A stretch of DNA of 64,000 nt from a virus (Duplodnaviria > Caudoviricetes): the IMG/VR virus record IMGVR_UViG_3300031994_000050, positions 27,324-91,323 of that record; one strand, given 5' to 3'. The notes under the pieces are model-generated. The model was not told the origin of the DNA, made no database searches, and saw only the letters and a program-made list of their open reading frames with translations. Of the stretch, positions 58,791-64,000 are shown piece after piece; the stretch's first letter is position 1, and each line of letters begins with the position of its first letter. Both the position numbers and the translations under genes were made by a program.

Positions 58791-58811
58791 CTTCCTTTGT
58801 TTTTATGTAAT

Positions 58812-58847
58812 AAAAAATCTCTCCCTGTTTGATAACAGAGAGAGATT
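58812..58847 (-). terminator. Intrinsic terminator after the Kelch gene
   Basis: AATCTCTCTCTGTT-ATCA-AACAGGGAGAGATTTTTT. Confidence 0.75.
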
Positions 58848-58862
58848 AAAAATTTATGACAA

Positions 58863-60101
58863 TTACTCAAGAGGTATAACGCACATTTTATTTCTGCCTA
58901 CAGAATCAGTGCCGCCTATAACATATGCGTTATTATCAGCATAAGCAACAGCTCCATATCTAAATGCCCACGGAAGCTCCCCCGCAGATTCCCAAGTCAT
59001 ATTTTCTTCATTTAATTTATAATAATTTAAGTCTACGCTACTTCCTCCCATATAATAAAGACTTGTATTACTGCTAATAAGTTTCCCGCCTTCATTCCTA
59101 TGAGGGAGAAGACATAGTTCTTCCCATACATCCTCTTCATTATTTCTATGAAATCTATACAATTTGTCTGAAGAATTGGCGTAAATCCCGTTGAAACTGA
59201 CAACGTTTCCCCCATCGTCTAACACAAATGGCAAATCTTGTAAACGTTGCCAATCGCCATCACGATTAATATCGCTAACACTTATAAAAAAAGCTCTTTT
59301 TCCATAAAGAGTATCGCCTAAACTTGAGCCGCCTCCTAAACACAATAACCCAGTGTCATAACCAACGCTATTCTTACGACTATGTGGAACTAAATAGAGA
59401 CTATATAATCCCTCTGGTAGATTTGGAATTGCTTTCCATGGATACTCTTCTCCTCTATTTGAATTATAATAACCATCGGAAAGTCCTTGACCGTTAGAGG
59501 AAGAGCCTCCAACAATATACATTCTTTCAAAAAGACTTGCACATGCGAAAGAATAAAAAGGTCTCGGCAAATCAGTACACTTTTTCCAAGTTTCGGTACG
59601 CGTGTTAAAACACCAATGTTCTGTAACGCCAGACCATACACCGCCACCACCCATAATATGAACCGTAGTATCACGCTCGTCGTAAGCTCTTACAGCACAC
59701 GCACCATTTCTTACTGCATAAGGCGTATCAAATATTTTATAAATAGGTTTCGTAAAATCCTTCCATCGTAAGCAACTCTTTTCTATTCTATTTAAAGCAT
59801 CAGCGTCAGCAAAGCTTTCATTTCCCTTAAAATTACTTTTAGCGCCAACATTTGCATTACGTCCTATCCTTGTAAAAGAATCCAGAGCATTCTCAAAAGC
59901 AACAAATTCAGAAGCATAATAATCGTTATTATACCCTGTTTTAGCATCGCCTAAGTTGAGGATAATCTTCTTGCTAGGATAATTAGTATTTAATTTATCA
60001 TTTATATATAGCAAATTGTTTCTTATTCTATTATAGTCTTGATATGTAAACTGGTCTGTCTTAACCCAGTCTGTTTTAGGAGTTATCCATTCGTAGCTCA
60101 C
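58863..60101 (-). CDS. Baseplate protein with a Kelch-repeat beta-propeller
   Basis: WITPKTDW....DYNRI anchor domain; repeated (Y/H)xxGG....W...xLP Kelch motifs. Confidence 0.8.
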   Translation of the reverse strand: MSYEWITPKTDWVKTDQFTYQDYNRIRNNLLYINDKLNTNYPSKKIILNLGDAKTGYNNDYYASEFVAFENALDSFTRIGRNANVGAKSNFKGNESFADADALNRIEKSCLRWKDFTKPIYKIFDTPYAVRNGACAVRAYDERDTTVHIMGGGGVWSGVTEHWCFNTRTETWKKCTDLPRPFYSFACASLFERMYIVGGSSSNGQGLSDGYYNSNRGEEYPWKAIPNLPEGLYSLYLVPHSRKNSVGYDTGLLCLGGGSSLGDTLYGKRAFFISVSDINRDGDWQRLQDLPFVLDDGGNVVSFNGIYANSSDKLYRFHRNNEEDVWEELCLLPHRNEGGKLISSNTSLYYMGGSSVDLNYYKLNEENMTWESAGELPWAFRYGAVAYADNNAYVIGGTDSVGRNKMCVIPLE

Positions 60102-60259
60102 TCTTCATCCTCCAAAAAATCAACAAACAATTCATCGCAATCCGTAGGACTAGCCTCTTCTTGCGCTTGACTAACCGCCTCTATACCATCCTCCATTCTA
60201 TTTAGGAGAGGCGCAGTTACAATTTCGCCAGTTACCCATACATGCTTATTATAATTCAT
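60098..60259 (-). CDS. Small baseplate-anchor-like protein (53 aa)
   Basis: Manual translation MNYNKHVWVTGEIVTAPLLNRMEDGIE..., the W..G..ITA..LN.ME.GI motif of upper-baseplate proteins. Confidence 0.65.
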   Translation of the reverse strand: MNYNKHVWVTGEIVTAPLLNRMEDGIEAVSQAQEEASPTDCDELFVDFLEDEE

Positions 60260-62466
60260 AAGTTTTCTCCTATCTTAAATCTACCTACAATAGCTCGTTC
60301 TAAGTTTGCGTCTGTTCTGTAAGACACTCTTCTTGCTACAAGCCTGCATGAAAAATCCATCCCCATGCTTGTATTAATAGTTTCTTCTTCAATTCTCACT
60401 TCATTATCAGCAACATAATTATTTTCCAGATAAATCAAATCATCAGCGTCAATTGAAGTGTCTCCTCTATAAGTTAAAGAATATTCTACATCATTATCAT
60501 AATATTCCCTAAGCCAATCCGCTTGTTGACTTGCCATTATAGATGAACCTATCAATGGATTTGTTGATTTCTTTTCAACTCCCGTTTCGTGAACATCAAG
60601 AGTATATATATTATCGGTAACAGTAAAAGGATGCGCATAAACTTCTATATCCTGCTCCTTATTAGAGCTTACAACAATATAATACGCTCCGCTTTCCTTT
60701 ATAGTACCATTGGAAACTTTATAGTCATAATATGGCTGTGAGAAAGTCATTTTATTGTCTCCGACCACAGCACTAATTGAACCAATAGCTGAACCGTACG
60801 CGCCCTCTATGGTTGTAATGTCTACAGTTTCCCCACCTTCTTCATTCGGCGTGGTAACGATATTAACTCGTGAGTTTCCGCTTTCCGAATCCGTTTTCTC
60901 TAAGTCGTAAACATAACTATGAACATTTATGTTAGATACTCGCTCTAAGTCATTCGCCATAGGAACATTCTTTAATTCATGGTAAGTTAGATTATATCTA
61001 ACACCACCATCAAGCTCAATACTATTTAAATGAATCCTCTGATTTGGCGATGCTCCATTAAACGTTATTTCTATTTCATCTACAATACCGTCATAAGAAT
61101 AAACAGTTGTGATACTAAGATTTGTTAAAGACTGAGTATCTACTACGCTTCCAGACCTCTTTGAAACAACTGTTACAGAAGTAGGAATAACTACCGCAAA
61201 CTTTAAGAAAACTCTCTTAAGGTCAAATTCCGTTTTAAACGTCATAGTTATCTTATGGCTATGCGTAAATGCTCCGTTTGAATTAGCTATCTCATCAGAA
61301 ACATAACCTACTTGTCGATACGTTTCATTCTCTGGCAAAAACAAAAGTGAACCATCTGCGTATACATATTCATGTTCTGCATCAGCATAATTATACAAAG
61401 AATTATCATTAAAAATAGCTGACGGAATAGAATATGAAGTAGCGCCTTCAAAGAATATATCCTTTATATACTCTGCTCTTGTACCGCTAACAACACAAAT
61501 ATTCCCATCCCTATCCTCATACAATACACTTCTTGAAGCGTTCGCTATCATCTGCAACGCTTCATTATGAGGACAAATAGGCAACGGATTAGAGAAAACT
61601 GTTTTTCTTAAAGAAGAATCAATAATGTAATCCTCTACTCCTGCATCAATTAAAACATTCTCAGTTAAATCATATGCTGAAATACCGTCTTTATAATATT
61701 GCCCCTTATAGTAATCTCCCACTAAGAAATTCAGCTTTCCCATGCAATTAAATGTTGCTTGGTAATCATCACTGTTCCATGATTTGACAAATACCTTACC
61801 ACCTTTAATCGTATAAATAGAGCCGTCAGACATTTCGTAACCATAGTTATATTCAATCATTTGCTGTTCTTGAATATACTCTGCATAACCATAAGGGTTA
61901 TCCTTATTAAACAAATGATTTCTATTATCCACGACAAGAGTAAACGTCTTTACTGGCAAACTATTAGATATATGACTTACGGCATTATCTCTTGCCGTTG
62001 AAATAATTTGTTTGTCAGTAAACTCAAGTTCAATTCCGAAGTAAACAGTTTTTAATGCAAGTTTACCACTATTAGGGGTTATTTTAATATATGGAGACGA
62101 CATAAACCCTTCATCATATACTAACGGATTTTCAGTAACAGCTACCGTATCGCTTTTTGTTCCGTTAGTAACAGTTATAGTCGAAGGTAATGTTCCAGAA
62201 AAAACAAGAGTTAATCCCGCAATGTTAAGTTCGTGATATTGCCCAAACGTAAATGTAATACTTCCGTCATCTTCCGTGCTTACAACGCCTTGATAAGAAG
62301 AAGGACTATCCTTATACAATAATTCTTCGTTTCCCGTAAAAGAAGATGAAATCGAAGCATTCTTTTGAGCGTAGGGATTATACAGCTTTAGCTTTGCAGT
62401 AACAGATGTATGTCCTCGCCATCTTTCTTTCATTTCTTCCTTATATTCATCAGATACATACTGCAT
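60256..62466 (-). CDS. Baseplate hub / Tal-like minor tail protein
   Basis: MQYVSDEYKE, FNKDNP.G, H.EALQMIANA..LYEDRDG.I, YRGD..ID..D motifs. Confidence 0.75.
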   Translation of the reverse strand: MQYVSDEYKEEMKERWRGHTSVTAKLKLYNPYAQKNASISSSFTGNEELLYKDSPSSYQGVVSTEDDGSITFTFGQYHELNIAGLTLVFSGTLPSTITVTNGTKSDTVAVTENPLVYDEGFMSSPYIKITPNSGKLALKTVYFGIELEFTDKQIISTARDNAVSHISNSLPVKTFTLVVDNRNHLFNKDNPYGYAEYIQEQQMIEYNYGYEMSDGSIYTIKGGKVFVKSWNSDDYQATFNCMGKLNFLVGDYYKGQYYKDGISAYDLTENVLIDAGVEDYIIDSSLRKTVFSNPLPICPHNEALQMIANASRSVLYEDRDGNICVVSGTRAEYIKDIFFEGATSYSIPSAIFNDNSLYNYADAEHEYVYADGSLLFLPENETYRQVGYVSDEIANSNGAFTHSHKITMTFKTEFDLKRVFLKFAVVIPTSVTVVSKRSGSVVDTQSLTNLSITTVYSYDGIVDEIEITFNGASPNQRIHLNSIELDGGVRYNLTYHELKNVPMANDLERVSNINVHSYVYDLEKTDSESGNSRVNIVTTPNEEGGETVDITTIEGAYGSAIGSISAVVGDNKMTFSQPYYDYKVSNGTIKESGAYYIVVSSNKEQDIEVYAHPFTVTDNIYTLDVHETGVEKKSTNPLIGSSIMASQQADWLREYYDNDVEYSLTYRGDTSIDADDLIYLENNYVADNEVRIEEETINTSMGMDFSCRLVARRVSYRTDANLERAIVGRFKIGENL

Positions 62467-62488
62467 TTCAAAGTCTCCTTATACAGCA

Positions 62489-62974
62489 TCACTCGCTAGT
62501 TTTCACTTCCCATGAATACACAGGAGTTCCGTTACTAATAGTAGCTGTTAATACATATTCGCCATCTTCACCTTCCGCAAGGGGAAGTAGTTTGTCAGAA
62601 GAAGCATATCCTACCCATGCATTCCAATCAGATGAATAATTTCTCATGTACAAAGAAGAGTCTTCATTGATTATAAATATCTGTACAACGCCGCTTCCTG
62701 TTTCAGCTACAATAAACTTTCCGCTTTTCTCAACAGGCAAATGAGCGATTTCAGAGGCATCTGAATCACTCGCTATATAGAACACTCCTTTTACAGTCAT
62801 ATCATTTACATCAGCGCCCGTCTCGATGCTTTCTCCCGCTCTTATCATTAAATCGGAAGTCGCACCTCCCATAGTCTCTGTTATAGGCGTTAGCTTTTCT
62901 TCAACAAAAGTCTTTATCGCAGTATTTAGATTTCCCATAAATCTCTGCATAAAAGAAAGTGTTATTACAGACAT
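62489..62974 (-). CDS. Tail-associated protein with one pyocin-knob-like domain
   Basis: GADVNDMTVKGVFYI...LP..KSGKFIV...QIF...YMR....W..W resembles the tail fibre repeats. Confidence 0.65.
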   Translation of the reverse strand: MSVITLSFMQRFMGNLNTAIKTFVEEKLTPITETMGGATSDLMIRAGESIETGADVNDMTVKGVFYIASDSDASEIAHLPVEKSGKFIVAETGSGVVQIFIINEDSSLYMRNYSSDWNAWVGYASSDKLLPLAEGEDGEYVLTATISNGTPVYSWEVKTSE

Positions 62975-63038
62975 AGTTACCTCTTTTCTTTAATCTAACA
63001 TTTGCTCTCTCAATATTATATTACAGTTTACCTTTATT

Positions 63039-64000
63039 GTGAAGCCTCACACGACTAAAGTCGCGTGCTTCCTATTGCCACAATCTACGTTGTGGTTGCC
63101 TTTTAGGGCATCGGACTGCGTTTCTGTCCATACGGCTAAAACTCAGTACTTAGGCAACTAATATGTTGTCTAAGACCGCATTTAAGCTAATAAGGTCAGC
63201 CAACGTGCAGGTGCTTCTCTTAGAGCACTGAGGGACTTTAGCCTCAATGTCCAACCTGTCCGTCACCGAACAGGATTTTAAAATTTCTCGTATATAATAA
63301 CGAGCTGCTATATTATACGAAGCGTTAAGGTCGCAATTGTATGTTTTGCCATTTTGAAATCTACACAAACTGTATGTAGGCATATCTGCGTCCTTACCTC
63401 GAAGAACTCTGCCACTGCCATCGAAAGCTAGTCGTGATGTCCCCCATGCGCAAATATGAGATATCCTCATACTAAGTCTGTGAGCCTTGTCTGTTACCAT
63501 AGATTGCACGTACTTTGCCTTCCACATATGGAGCTTTTGTTTCTTAGAGCCACGCTTTTTACCTGCAAAGTCCAAGTGCTCAAAAACTATGGTGTCAGCA
63601 TTGTACATTACGGCTGTATCTATGATAAAGTTAGTTGTTTTAACAGCTATATCATCGTTAATACCTTTAACTTTAGCCCACAGTCTCGGCATCTTGCGGT
63701 TACCATACTGCTGGGCTTTCTTTATACGGTTTACAGCATGGTTCAAACGGTCTGTTTCACTTGGCAGTCTAAGGAAACGTCTGCCGTAGATAGTGCCTTT
63801 TGAATCCATGACGCAACACGTACATGCTGAATTTAAACCAAGGTCAACGCCAACTACAAGGCTGTTTGTATCTGTAAGAGTAGCCTTTTCTTCAAACGGG
63901 AAGTCTAAAAACCATTCTTTACCTCGTTTCTGAAGCGTAGGAGCGCACATCTTACGACCATTACACCTATGATAGATATAATCCATGTCTGATTTGCGAA
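63039..64000 (-). mobile_element. IS200/IS605-family element (right end; continues beyond the window)
   Basis: tnpB followed by a structured 3' region and the subterminal hairpin CACGCGACT-TT-AGTCGTGTG, ending in TTCAC at 63039. Confidence 0.8.
63150..64000 (-). CDS. tnpB: TnpB RNA-guided nuclease (N-terminus outside the window)
   Basis: RuvC I VGVDLG, RuvC II IVFEHL, RuvC III NCDLNASYNIA. Confidence 0.88.
   Translation of the reverse strand, partial: RKSDMDYIYHRCNGRKMCAPTLQKRGKEWFLDFPFEEKATLTDTNSLVVGVDLGLNSACTCCVMDSKGTIYGRRFLRLPSETDRLNHAVNRIKKAQQYGNRKMPRLWAKVKGINDDIAVKTTNFIIDTAVMYNADTIVFEHLDFAGKKRGSKKQKLHMWKAKYVQSMVTDKAHRLSMRISHICAWGTSRLAFDGSGRVLRGKDADMPTYSLCRFQNGKTYNCDLNASYNIAARYYIREILKSCSVTDRLDIEAKVPQCSKRSTCTLADLISLNAVLDNILVA

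Overview
The window is most of a large siphovirus-type (tailed dsDNA) phage genome. Gene content and SD/promoter style suggest a Clostridia (Lachnospiraceae-like) host, which is an inference. Layout: (i) 1-26.4 kb, minus strand: small regulators, a tRNA/tRNA-like cluster, dUTPase, TerS/TerL, portal, MuF, scaffold, capsid, neck, tail tube, frameshifted tail chaperones, a 3236-aa tape measure, Dit, then an HTH/SleB/DUF1351 block. (ii) 25.6-27.6 kb: a largely non-coding divergence zone with an 11-bp tandem array, 12 palindromes, a dif/lox-like site and many hairpins. (iii) 27.6-49.1 kb, plus strand: an extremely A-rich, T-poor early/accessory operon with an ArdC-N-like protein, three tRNA-like RNAs, a Zn-finger protein plus M28-like peptidase, HNH, DUF932, FtsK and a tyrosine recombinase. 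(iv) 49.1-63 kb, minus strand: baseplate/Tal, Kelch protein, a six-gene cassette of unknown function, lysis genes and tail fibre, then a TnpB-bearing IS200/IS605 element at the window edge. The most striking signal is several independent hints that the minus strand of the early region spends time as single-stranded DNA. These are cGNAg triloop and (GNA)2-zipper hairpins that should fold best on that strand as DNA, TTGAC boxes inside repeated hairpins ahead of early genes, a strong strand skew, and ArdC-N/DUF932/FtsK genes. Other highlights are tRNA derivatives lacking a normal anticodon arm and AGAGCC-tagged attenuators with a candidate Zn-ribbon antiterminator. All family calls come from motif recognition by eye; no database was searched.
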